DNA of 64,000 bases, from positions 256,001 to 320,000 of the forward strand of contig CAZPQW010000001.1 in assembly GCA_964588985.1 (NCBI GenBank), read 5' to 3'. The DNA is from an uncultured Solirubrobacteraceae bacterium. Its GTDB lineage: Bacteria > Actinomycetota > Thermoleophilia > Solirubrobacterales > Solirubrobacteraceae. The translations under genes were made by a program, and so were the position numbers. Positions 19,435 to 27,691 of this stretch are shown one piece after another (the first letter of the stretch is position 1; the number at the start of each line of letters is the position of its first letter). Under the pieces are notes generated by a model. The model ran no database searches and had not been told where the DNA came from. It saw only the letters and a list, made by a program, of their open reading frames with translations.

Positions 19435-20124
19435 ATGTCAAGTGCAACCAGTGAGGACACGGCTCCGCAGCCGGCTGGGATCGTCGAGCGACTCGTGCGC
19501 GACGATCTCGACCGAAAGCGGTTCCTGAAGGTGGTCGGAAGCGCAGGCGCGGCGAGCTTCGGCGCGTTCGTGATGGCGGCGTGCGGCAGTTCCAGCAAGA
19601 CCGCCTCGACGGCAGCGGCGCCGACGACGACGTCGACCGCCACGACCGGCGGTGGCGGTGACATCGCGATCCTCAACTACGCGCTCACGCTCGAGTACCT
19701 CGAGACCGCGTTCTACGAGAAGGTGATCGCGGCGGAACTGTTCAGCGGCAAGGTCGGAGGTCTGCTCGAGGACTTCGGCCGTCAGGAGGCATCGCACGTG
19801 GTCGCGCTGAAAGCGGCTGTCAGCAAGCTCGGAGGCACGCCGGCCACGAAGCCGAACGCGAAGTTCCCGATCACGAGCGCCACACAGGTGGCCGAGCTCG
19901 CCTACACCGTCGAGAATCTCGGCGCGTCGGCGTATCTCGGGCAGGCGGCGAACATCCAGAGTCCCGAGGTCCTGGCCTCGGCGCTCGCGATCCACTCCGT
20001 CGAGGCGCGCCACGCGGCGACCCTCGGCACGCTGGTCAAGAAGTCGGTCTCTCCGGACGGGGCGTTCGCCAAGCCGGCTGACATGTCAACTGTGCTGGCG
20101 GCCGTCAAGCCGTTCCTGGCCTGA
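19435..20124 (+). CDS. ferritin-like protein 2, Tat-type lipoprotein
   Basis: DRKRFLK, lipobox MAAC, Ser/Thr linker; LEYLE, QEASH, VENLG, VEARH. Confidence 0.9.
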   Translation: MSSATSEDTAPQPAGIVERLVRDDLDRKRFLKVVGSAGAASFGAFVMAACGSSSKTASTAAAPTTTSTATTGGGGDIAILNYALTLEYLETAFYEKVIAAELFSGKVGGLLEDFGRQEASHVVALKAAVSKLGGTPATKPNAKFPITSATQVAELAYTVENLGASAYLGQAANIQSPEVLASALAIHSVEARHAATLGTLVKKSVSPDGAFAKPADMSTVLAAVKPFLA

Positions 20125-20152
20125 TCGCTGCTGGAAAAGGAGCACGAAAACG

Positions 20153-20809
20153 ATGTCCGACAAACAACTCACACATTCGAGCCGCGCTGCGCTCGCCAAT
20201 CCCGAGCTGGCCTCGCTGGAGGTGCACGGCATGACGCGCGGGAGCTTCATCCTGCGTGGCGCGCTCGCAGCGGGAGCGTTCTACGGAACCACGGCGGTGA
20301 CGCCGTTCGTCTCACAGGCGCTCGCCGAAACCGGTGGGGGTGACGTTGACATCCTCAACTTCGCGCTCACCCTCGAGTACCTCGAGGCCGACTTCTACAC
20401 GGTCAAGGGGAGGTCGCTGAAACTCAGCGGGCAGGCGAAGGCCTACGCGCAGCAGTTCGGCGAAGAGGAGGCAGAGCACGTCACGGCGCTGATCGCCGCG
20501 ATCAAACAGCTGGGCGGCACTGCGGTGAAGAAACCGCAGTTCGTGTTTCCGGCGAGCAGCGAGAGCTCGTTTCTGGCGCTCGCCTCGGTGCTGGAGAACA
20601 CCGGAGTGGGCGCCTACAACGGCGCTGCTCCCTCGCTTCAGAGCAAGCAGGTGCTTGCGGCTGCCGGCGGGATCGTGCAGATCGAGGCTCGTCACGCGGC
20701 GGCGATCGACCTGCTGATCGGCAAGAGCCCGACGCCGACCGAAGGGTTCGACACGCCGCTCACCAAGGCGCAGGTGCTCGCCAAGGCGGGGCCGCTGATC
20801 AAGGCCTAG
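20153..20809 (+). CDS. ferritin-like protein 3 with Tat-type signal
   Basis: MTRGSFILR...SQALA; LEYLE, EEAEH, LENTG, IEARH; AAGGAG RBS. Confidence 0.9.
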   Translation: MSDKQLTHSSRAALANPELASLEVHGMTRGSFILRGALAAGAFYGTTAVTPFVSQALAETGGGDVDILNFALTLEYLEADFYTVKGRSLKLSGQAKAYAQQFGEEEAEHVTALIAAIKQLGGTAVKKPQFVFPASSESSFLALASVLENTGVGAYNGAAPSLQSKQVLAAAGGIVQIEARHAAAIDLLIGKSPTPTEGFDTPLTKAQVLAKAGPLIKA

Positions 20810-20836
20810 CAAGTGAAGCAGTGGAGGGGTCGCGGG

Positions 20837-20862
20837 TGATCCGCCGGCGGCCCCTCCGCGTA
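20837..20862 (+). promoter_or_regulatory. ECF (SigK-like) promoter copy 3
   Basis: TGATCC-gccggcggcccctccg-CGTA upstream of tatA. Confidence 0.82.
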
Positions 20863-20900
20863 ATACCAACCAGAGTCAATCTCAGGAGGCAACACCAATC

Positions 20901-21119
20901 ATGGGTCTCGACAATCCAATCCACATCGCATTTCTGCTGATCCTGCTGCTGCTCGTGTTCGGCGCCAAGCGCCTGCCGGAGATGGGCAAATCGCTCGGCA
21001 CCGGAATGCGCGGCTTCAAGGACGCGCTCAGCGGTGAGAGCGAGCCGGCGCCGCAGATCGCACACGAGCCGCAGGCAGTCGCTGTGGCTCCTGTTCCCGC
21101 CGAGAAGATCGCCGCCTGA
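20901..21119 (+). CDS. tatA: twin-arginine translocase TatA
   Basis: Short TM, FG hinge, AKRLPEMGKSLGTGMRGFK amphipathic helix; AGGAGG RBS. Confidence 0.95.
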   Translation: MGLDNPIHIAFLLILLLLVFGAKRLPEMGKSLGTGMRGFKDALSGESEPAPQIAHEPQAVAVAPVPAEKIAA

Positions 21120-21121
21120 TC

Positions 21122-22093
21122 ATGGCGGTTGCCGTCGGCAGGATCGGGCACGAAGATCGGGTCAGCCTGGTCGACCATCTGCAGGAGCTGCGCGGCCGTC
21201 TGATCATCTCGCTGGTCGCGGTAGCGGTGACGTTCGCGCTGTGCATGTGGCAGAACCACGCGCTGTTGAACATCATCAACGAGCCGCTCTCGCACGAGAC
21301 GCAAAAGCAGGTGAAGGCGGGCAACGGGCCGCTCGGCGCGACGTACACCGTCCAACAGAACGCGCGTGCGCTCGCCACCGAGCTGCAGGTGGTGGTGGGC
21401 GTGCTGGGGCGGCCCGGCAGCGGCGCCTCGCCCGCGGCCCGCGCAGCACTGGCGCCGGTCGCACCGCAGCTGCAGCGCCAGATCGCGAGTCTCTCGGCTC
21501 CGCCGCAGGGCAACAAGCCGGTGACGCTCGGGATCGGCGAGCCGTTCACCACGACGATCGGCATCGCGCTGATCTTCGCGTTGATCCTCGCGCTCCCCGT
21601 GATCCTGTACGAGCTGTACGGATTCCTGCTGCCGGCTTTCAGTCCCGAGCAGCGCAGCGTGACGACGCCCCTGATGCTGGCGATCCCGTTCCTGTTCGTG
21701 GCGGGTGTGCTGTTCGGGTACTTCGTGGTGCTCCCGGCGGCGGTGCGCTTCTTTCAGAACTTCAACAGCGGCCAGTTCAACGTGCTGGTGCAGGCCAACC
21801 AGTACTACCACTTCGCCGCGGTGACACTGCTGGCGATGGGACTCGTCTTCCAGGTTCCCGTCGGCATTCTCGCGGCCACTCGCGCGGGAGTCGTGACGAC
21901 GCGCCAGCTGCGCCACAACCGCCGCTATGCGATCCTCGCGTGCGGCGCGGTGGCGGCGTTCCTCCCCGGCGATGCGGTCACACTCGTCCTCGAGACGGTT
22001 CCGCTGTACCTGCTGTTCGAGCTGAGCGTTCTGATCGCCAGGTTCATCGAGCACCGCGAAGCCCGCCGGACGGCCGCAGATGCACTCCGATGA
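21122..22093 (+). CDS. tatC: twin-arginine translocase TatC
   Basis: SLVDHLQELRGRL, LPVILYELYGFLLPA, FGYFVVLPAA, GLVFQVP, PLYLLFELS. Confidence 0.95.
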   Translation: MAVAVGRIGHEDRVSLVDHLQELRGRLIISLVAVAVTFALCMWQNHALLNIINEPLSHETQKQVKAGNGPLGATYTVQQNARALATELQVVVGVLGRPGSGASPAARAALAPVAPQLQRQIASLSAPPQGNKPVTLGIGEPFTTTIGIALIFALILALPVILYELYGFLLPAFSPEQRSVTTPLMLAIPFLFVAGVLFGYFVVLPAAVRFFQNFNSGQFNVLVQANQYYHFAAVTLLAMGLVFQVPVGILAATRAGVVTTRQLRHNRRYAILACGAVAAFLPGDAVTLVLETVPLYLLFELSVLIARFIEHREARRTAADALR

Positions 22094-22147
22094 CCGCGAC
22101 CGCCGGCTCCGCTGGCATCGGTGGGAGGATCCTCGCGCGTGGATGAG

Positions 22148-22173
22148 TGATCCAAACGCGGGTATCTGCCGTA
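22148..22173 (+). promoter_or_regulatory. ECF (SigK-like) promoter copy 4 (autoregulatory)
   Basis: TGATCC-aaacgcgggtatctgc-CGTA just before the sigma gene ATG. Confidence 0.85.
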
Positions 22174-22176
22174 ACC

Positions 22177-22803
22177 ATGACGAGCATGTTCAATCCCTTG
22201 CGTCCAGCTGCTGGTGGAGGAGATTCGGTGGAGCGGCTGCGCGTGCTCGCGGACGAGGAGCTCATGCAGCTCGTTTACAGGAGCCGAGCGGACGCGTTCG
22301 AGGTCATCTATGACCGTCATGCCGACGCCGCCTTCTCGCTCGCCCTGCGCATCTGCGGCCAGCGTGCGCTTGCCGAGGATGTCGTGCAGGAGGCGTTCCT
22401 GTCGTTGTGGCGCAGCCAGGCGCACTACGACCGCGGCCGCGGGAGCGTGCGCACCTGGCTGCTCGGCATCGTGCACAACCGCGCGATCGACGCGTTGCGC
22501 AGACGCGCAGTGCGCGAGCGCGGGATCGTCGACGAAGAGGGACTTGAGGAGCGAGTCGCCTCGCCCGAGCGCACAGACCTGGAGTTCGCGCGCCGCGAGG
22601 AGGCGCGCCAGGTCCGCGACGCGCTCGAGCAACTGCCCGGGGAGCAGAGCCGGGTGATCGAGCTCGCTTACTTCGGCGGTCTCACACACGTCCAGATCGC
22701 GTCGATGCTCGACACGCCGGTGGGAACGATCAAGGGCCGCATGCGTCTCGGTCTTTCGAAGATGCGCATCACGCTCGGCGACCCGGCGGAGGCGGCGCGA
22801 TGA
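22177..22803 (+). CDS. SigK-like ECF sigma factor
   Basis: AEDVVQEAFLSLWR...YDRGRGSVRTWLLGIVHNRAID; IELAYFGGLTHVQIA...PVGTIKGRMRLGL. Start may be 22177 or 22186. Confidence 0.92.
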   Translation: MTSMFNPLRPAAGGGDSVERLRVLADEELMQLVYRSRADAFEVIYDRHADAAFSLALRICGQRALAEDVVQEAFLSLWRSQAHYDRGRGSVRTWLLGIVHNRAIDALRRRAVRERGIVDEEGLEERVASPERTDLEFARREEARQVRDALEQLPGEQSRVIELAYFGGLTHVQIASMLDTPVGTIKGRMRLGLSKMRITLGDPAEAAR

Positions 22804-23519
22804 GCCCCGACGAGATCGACATCCACATGGACGGCTGCGGCGTGGACGCCGCGCCATACGTGCTCGGATCGCTCACCGACCAGGAGGTCGAGACGTTCAA
22901 GGCCCACCTCGCGACGTGCGCGGTCTGCCGCGAGGAAGTGGCCGCGCTGCAGACGATCGTGTCGACGCTGCCCGCCGCAGCCCCCCAGGTGCAGGCGCCC
23001 ACGGAGCTCAAGCAGAGGGTGCTCGCCACCGTGCGACAGGAGGTCAGCCTGCACGGGGGCCCGGCCACATCAGGCGGAGCAAGGACCGGACGCAAGCCGT
23101 CACGGTCGTGGCTCGGATGGCGCCCGGCGCTCGCCGGTGTCGGCGTGGCGGCGGTCGTCGCGGTGGTTCTCGCGATTGCGCTTGCTCCGGGAGGAGGCGG
23201 CGGCGCTACGCGCACGATTCAGGCCGAAGTGCTCGCCCCGCGCGCGAGCGCGACGTTGCGGGTGAGCGACGGTCACGCCGAACTGAACATCGCCCGCATG
23301 CCGCAGACGACGCCCGGCCGCGTGTATGAGGTGTGGATTCAGCGCAGCGGACCGCCGCAGCCCACGAACGCGCTGTTCACCGTCAGCCGCGCAGGCGACG
23401 CCACCGTCGGCGTGCCCGGAGCGATCGCCGGCGTGAAGGTGGTCATGGTCACCTCCGAGCCGCGAGGCGGCAGCGCCGTCCCTACGCGCTCGCCTGTGAT
23501 CGTCGCGCACGTCAGCTGA
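22800..23519 (+). CDS. RskA-like anti-sigma factor (ZAS, TM, extracytoplasmic RskA_C)
   Basis: APYVLGSL...HLATCAVC, one TM, VYEVW and VTSEPRGGS motifs; ATGA overlap with the sigma gene. Confidence 0.9.
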   Translation: MSPDEIDIHMDGCGVDAAPYVLGSLTDQEVETFKAHLATCAVCREEVAALQTIVSTLPAAAPQVQAPTELKQRVLATVRQEVSLHGGPATSGGARTGRKPSRSWLGWRPALAGVGVAAVVAVVLAIALAPGGGGGATRTIQAEVLAPRASATLRVSDGHAELNIARMPQTTPGRVYEVWIQRSGPPQPTNALFTVSRAGDATVGVPGAIAGVKVVMVTSEPRGGSAVPTRSPVIVAHVS

Positions 23520-23730
23520 CAGCGGTCACGAGCAGCTCCTCATCGCCCACGCGCACCGTGTCGCCGCGAGCGAGCTGGCGCCCGCGTCTGTCCTCGCGCT
23601 CGCCGTTGACCCACACGGGCTCGGTCGCGAGCAGCGCCTTGGCCTCGCTGCCGCTGTCGATCAGTCCGGCGAGCTTGAGCAGCTGACCGAGCCGGATCTT
23701 CTCCTCCCTGATCGGGATCTCGCGAGCCAT
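23512..23730 (-). CDS. S4-domain RNA-binding protein (YbcJ/YaaA-like)
   Basis: IRLGQLLKLAGLIDSGSEAK...VWVNGEREDRRGRQL. Confidence 0.9.
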   Translation of the reverse strand: MAREIPIREEKIRLGQLLKLAGLIDSGSEAKALLATEPVWVNGEREDRRGRQLARGDTVRVGDEELLVTAVS

Positions 23731-23792
23731 CCGAGGAATCTAGCGCCCGGAAGAAGACGGCCGCTCGGAATGCGCTACTGTCGCGCTCAGCG

Positions 23793-24566
23793 ATGGGCGA
23801 GCGAAGCGAGTACACACCGGGAACGTTCTGCTGGACCGACCTGAGCGCCCCCGACCAGGCCGCCGCGAAGGCGTTCTACACCGCGCTGTTTGGCTGGAGC
23901 GCGGTCGACATGCCGGTCGGCGAGTCGGTCTACTCGATGATGCAGGTAGACGGCAAGACGGTCGCCGCGATCTCCCCGCAACCCCAGCAGCAGCGCGACG
24001 CGGGTATGCCCGCGATCTGGAACTCCTACATCTCGGTCGGTAGCGCCGACGCGGTCCTCGAGCGCGCGAAAGAGCTCGGCGGCTCGGCGCACACCCCCGC
24101 CTTCGACGTGTTGGACGCCGGTCGCATGGCGGTCATCCAGGACCCGCAGGGGGCGTACTTCCTGGTGTGGGAGCCGCGCGCGCGACCCGGCGCCGCGCTC
24201 GTGAACGCCCCCGGCGCGCTCGTGTGGAACGAGCTGCAGTCCCCCGACCTCGACGCCTCCGCGTCCTTCTACGGCGACCTCTTCGGCTGGGACGTCGCCC
24301 CGTTCGAAGGCATGGCGGATCGCTACCTGTCGATCAAAAACGCGAGTGCGAACAACGGCGGCATGCGCGAGCTCGCGCCCGGCACTCCGCCCAGCTGGCT
24401 CGTTTACTTCGGCGCCGAGGACATCGACGCGGCGCTCGCCAAGGTGCAGGAGCTCGGCGGCTCCAAGTTGGCCGGCCCGATCGACATCCAGATCGCGAAG
24501 ATCGCGGTCGTGCAGGATCCGCAGGGCGGCGTGTTCGCGCTCTACGCGGGCGCGCTCGAGCCCTAG
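23793..24566 (+). CDS. two-domain VOC/glyoxalase family protein (CFP32-like)
   Basis: PGTFCWTDL...FYTALFGW and PGALVWNEL...FYGDLFGW; DPQG twice. Confidence 0.9.
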   Translation: MGERSEYTPGTFCWTDLSAPDQAAAKAFYTALFGWSAVDMPVGESVYSMMQVDGKTVAAISPQPQQQRDAGMPAIWNSYISVGSADAVLERAKELGGSAHTPAFDVLDAGRMAVIQDPQGAYFLVWEPRARPGAALVNAPGALVWNELQSPDLDASASFYGDLFGWDVAPFEGMADRYLSIKNASANNGGMRELAPGTPPSWLVYFGAEDIDAALAKVQELGGSKLAGPIDIQIAKIAVVQDPQGGVFALYAGALEP

Positions 24567-25930
24567 CTCCGAGCGCTCGGCCGCATCGCGCCGGCCGCCG
24601 GGTCGACGATCGGCGCGGGATAGTCGCGCGGAGAGCAGCGACGAGGCAGCAGCCACGGCTCGTGGACAGCGGCGCCCGCGATCGCCTCCAGCTCCGGCAC
24701 GTAGCGGCGCACGTAGTCGCCGCGAGGATCGAAGCGCTTGGCCTGGCGCAACGGGTTGAGCACGCGGTTGGGGCGCGTGTCGTTGCCAGTGCCCGCGACC
24801 CACTGCCAATTTCCGACGTTGTTCGCCACGTCGGCGTCCACGAGCAGCCGCGCGAAGTGCGCGGCGCCGATACGCCAGTCGAGGTAGAGGGTCTTCGTGA
24901 GGAATGACGCGACGATCATGCGCGCACGGTTGTGCATGAACCCCTCGCGCGCGAGCTGGCGCATGCCCGCGTCCACGATCGGATAGCCCGTAAGCCCGGC
25001 GCGCCATGCTTCGCTCGCGTGCGCGTCGATCCGCCATCGGTCTCCGCGCGGTCGGTAGTCGGCATGTGTCATGTCCGGACGGGCGGCGAGCACCTGGTGG
25101 TGGAAGTCGCGCCAGCAAAGCTGGCGGGCGAAGCCCTCCGTGGATGGCGCGTGCGCGTGAGCGCAGGACGACGCACGCTCGAGCACGGTGCGCGCCGACA
25201 GGCAGCCGAAGTGCAGGTACGTGCTCAGACGCGACGTGCTCGCGCCCGCGAGGTCGTCGTGGCCCTGCTCGTAGCCGGACAGCCCACCGCGCAGCCAGCT
25301 CGTGAGCTGCTTGCGCCCGGCGCTCTCGCCGCCCTTTGCCAGCACCGGAGAGGGCGGCTCGCGTGTCAGGTTCTCGAGTGCAGGAGGAGGCGGCGCATCC
25401 TGCAGGCTGTGCGGGACTGGGATGCGGTGCGGCGTGGACGCTTTCGGACGAAGCTGTGCTTCGCTCCACACGCGCCAGTACGGGGTAAAGACGCGATAGT
25501 GATCGCCGCCGCTCGGCACGAGCTCGCCCGCCGGCACGACCGTCACGCCAGGAAACGTGCGCAGCGCGACGCGTGCGTGCTCGCAGCCAGCCGCGAGGCG
25601 GGCATGCCTTCGTCGTGCGTACGGAGTGACGTCCTCGCTCACGCAGATCGCCGACAGGTCGAGCTCGCGCACGAGACGCAGGGCCTGCTCGACGACATCG
25701 CCGCGGCGCACGAGCAGACGCGCGCCGCGCACGGCCAGCGAGTCGTCCAGATCGCCCAGGCAGTCGAGCAGGAACGCGAGCCGGTTGGGCGAGCCGCACG
25801 GCCCGCGCAGCAGCTCGCGGTCGAGCACGAACGCGGGCACCACCACGTCGTACTCGCGCACCGCGGTCGCCAGCGCCGGCTGGTCGCGCACGCGCAGGTC
25901 GCGCGTGAACAGCACCAGGGCGCCGCTCAC
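24563..25930 (-). CDS. phr: DNA photolyase (class I/III CPD type)
   Basis: LFTRDLRVRDQPAL, YRVFTPY, TSRLSTYLHFG, TGYPIVDAGMRQL, MHNRARM, NVGNWQW. Confidence 0.93.
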   Translation of the reverse strand: MSGALVLFTRDLRVRDQPALATAVREYDVVVPAFVLDRELLRGPCGSPNRLAFLLDCLGDLDDSLAVRGARLLVRRGDVVEQALRLVRELDLSAICVSEDVTPYARRRHARLAAGCEHARVALRTFPGVTVVPAGELVPSGGDHYRVFTPYWRVWSEAQLRPKASTPHRIPVPHSLQDAPPPPALENLTREPPSPVLAKGGESAGRKQLTSWLRGGLSGYEQGHDDLAGASTSRLSTYLHFGCLSARTVLERASSCAHAHAPSTEGFARQLCWRDFHHQVLAARPDMTHADYRPRGDRWRIDAHASEAWRAGLTGYPIVDAGMRQLAREGFMHNRARMIVASFLTKTLYLDWRIGAAHFARLLVDADVANNVGNWQWVAGTGNDTRPNRVLNPLRQAKRFDPRGDYVRRYVPELEAIAGAAVHEPWLLPRRCSPRDYPAPIVDPAAGAMRPSARS

Positions 25931-26817
25931 TCGGCGAGGGCTCTCCGGAGAGCCTCGTCGAAGGACATCGGCACGATCCCGAACGGCGCCGCGCCCGAGG
26001 GGTCGGTGACGATCGTCTCGGTGGTGAGGCCCTCGACGAGCGGGCGTGCGACGTTCACGTCCACAGGCGTGACCAGGCCGAGCCACAGCGCCGAGAGCCA
26101 AGGGGTGATGAACGGGACGGGCAGCTTGGGGCGCACGCGCACGCCCATCGCGATGGCCATCCGGTCGAGCATCTCGCCGTAGCCGAGCACGTCCGGGCCG
26201 CCGATCTGGACCTCGCGCCCGAGCGACTGCGGCACGTCCGGAGCGAGGCGGAGATACTCGATCACGTCGTCGATCGCGATCGGCTGGGTGGAGATCTTCA
26301 GCCAGCTGGGGGCGATCATCACGGGCAGCCGTTTCACGAGGTAGCGCAGCGTGCGGTAGGACTCGCTGCGCGCGCCGACGACCATCGCGGCCCTGAAATA
26401 GGTGAGCGGCGGTCCGTCGGCGGCGAGCGCGAGCGCGGTCCGGTGGCGGCTCTGCAGGTGCTTGGAGACGCTCTCGTCGCCGAGGCCGCCGAGGTAGACG
26501 ATCTGCTTCACGCCGTCGCGCTTCATCGCGCGCGCGAAGTTCGTCGCTCCCTTGAGCTCGCGCTCCTCGAAGCCCGCGCCGCCGGCCATCGCGTGCACGA
26601 GGAAGTACGCCACGTCGATCCCCTCGCCAAGGCCCTCCAGGCTCGCGGCGTCCATCACGTCGCCCCGGCGGATCTCGCAGCGCTCGTGTTCGAGACCGCG
26701 TGCGCGGTCCGGGTTGCGCACTAGACAGCGCACGTCCTTCCCCGCGTCGAGCAGCGCCTCGGTGAGGCGAGTGCCGATGAACCCCGTTGCTCCTGTGACG
26801 AGCGCCTTCTGAGCGAT
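25927..26817 (-). CDS. NAD(P)H-binding atypical SDR (YbjT-like); start codon apparently ATC
   Basis: Rossmann motif KALVTGATGFIG lies upstream of the ORF-track start; AYFLVHAM, IVYLGGLG, SKHLQSR. Confidence 0.85.
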   Translation of the reverse strand: MAQKALVTGATGFIGTRLTEALLDAGKDVRCLVRNPDRARGLEHERCEIRRGDVMDAASLEGLGEGIDVAYFLVHAMAGGAGFEERELKGATNFARAMKRDGVKQIVYLGGLGDESVSKHLQSRHRTALALAADGPPLTYFRAAMVVGARSESYRTLRYLVKRLPVMIAPSWLKISTQPIAIDDVIEYLRLAPDVPQSLGREVQIGGPDVLGYGEMLDRMAIAMGVRVRPKLPVPFITPWLSALWLGLVTPVDVNVARPLVEGLTTETIVTDPSGAAPFGIVPMSFDEALRRALAE

Positions 26818-26826
26818 ACGAGGAGC

Positions 26827-27660
26827 TTAGACCCGCGGGACGCTGCCGGTGCCGTTGCGCCGGTCGGCCATGTCGGGGCCGGTGGTGGTCGTCATCGCCT
26901 TCGCCGCGCCGCCGCCCATCACACGGCGCACCAGCCCGGGCGCGAGCACGCGCAGCGCGGCCGCGAGCTCGTACGCGCGCGGCACGTAGCGCTCGGCCTT
27001 GCGCCCGATGCCCGCCTCGTAGATCGCCTCGGCGCCCTTCTCGGGCGTGGACACGGCCCAGCGTGTCCACGGCTTGGACGTGAGCTCCGACTGCGGGAAG
27101 CCCTCCGTGGAGATGAAGCCCGGCAGCACCAGGCCGACGTGCACACCGTTGGGGCGCTCCTCGGCCCACAGCGCGTCCGACCAGCCCGCGAGCGCGAACT
27201 TCGACGCGCTGTACGCGCCGGAGCCCGCCCGCGAGACGCGCCCGGCGGTGGAGGAAACGTTCACGATCGCGCTCGGCGCGCTCGAGCGCAGCAGCGGCAG
27301 GAGCGCCTCGGTGAGGCGTATCTGCGCGTCGAAGTTGATCGCCATCGTGCGTCGCACGTTCTCGTAGCCGCCGTCGGCGAACGTCGCGCGCCACGCCGCG
27401 CCGGCGTTGTTGACGAGCAGGTCGAGGCGCCCGTGGCGCTCCTGTACGTGCTCGCGGATGCGCTCGGGGGCGTCCTCGTCGAGCAGGTCCACCGCGACGA
27501 AGCTCACGCGCTCCTCGCCGAGCGACGCCGCCAGCGCGCGCAGGCGCTCCTCGCGGCGGGCGACCAGCACGAGCGCAGCGCCGGGCTCGCGTGCGAGCCG
27601 CTTCGCCGTGGCTTCGCCGATCCCGCTGGACGCGCCGGTGATGAGCATCACTGTTGGCAT
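26827..27660 (-). CDS. short-chain dehydrogenase/reductase
   Basis: ITGASSGIG, NNAG, YSASK. Confidence 0.92.
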   Translation of the reverse strand: MPTVMLITGASSGIGEATAKRLAREPGAALVLVARREERLRALAASLGEERVSFVAVDLLDEDAPERIREHVQERHGRLDLLVNNAGAAWRATFADGGYENVRRTMAINFDAQIRLTEALLPLLRSSAPSAIVNVSSTAGRVSRAGSGAYSASKFALAGWSDALWAEERPNGVHVGLVLPGFISTEGFPQSELTSKPWTRWAVSTPEKGAEAIYEAGIGRKAERYVPRAYELAAALRVLAPGLVRRVMGGGAAKAMTTTTGPDMADRRNGTGSVPRV

Positions 27661-27691
27661 TCACCGATAGCCTCTCAGATCGGCGAACACG

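Noticed and set aside
18698-20809. Ferritin-like genes as encapsulin cargo or classical ferritin/Dps
   Set aside because: No encapsulin gene here; they carry export signals and LNYALTLE/EARH motifs of the Ferritin_2 type.
25927-27660. Stop-codon readthrough fusion of the SDR and the in-frame NAD(P)H-binding gene
   Set aside because: The stop is TAA, no recoding signal is evident, and both are complete stand-alone families; the TAA doubles as a -10 box.
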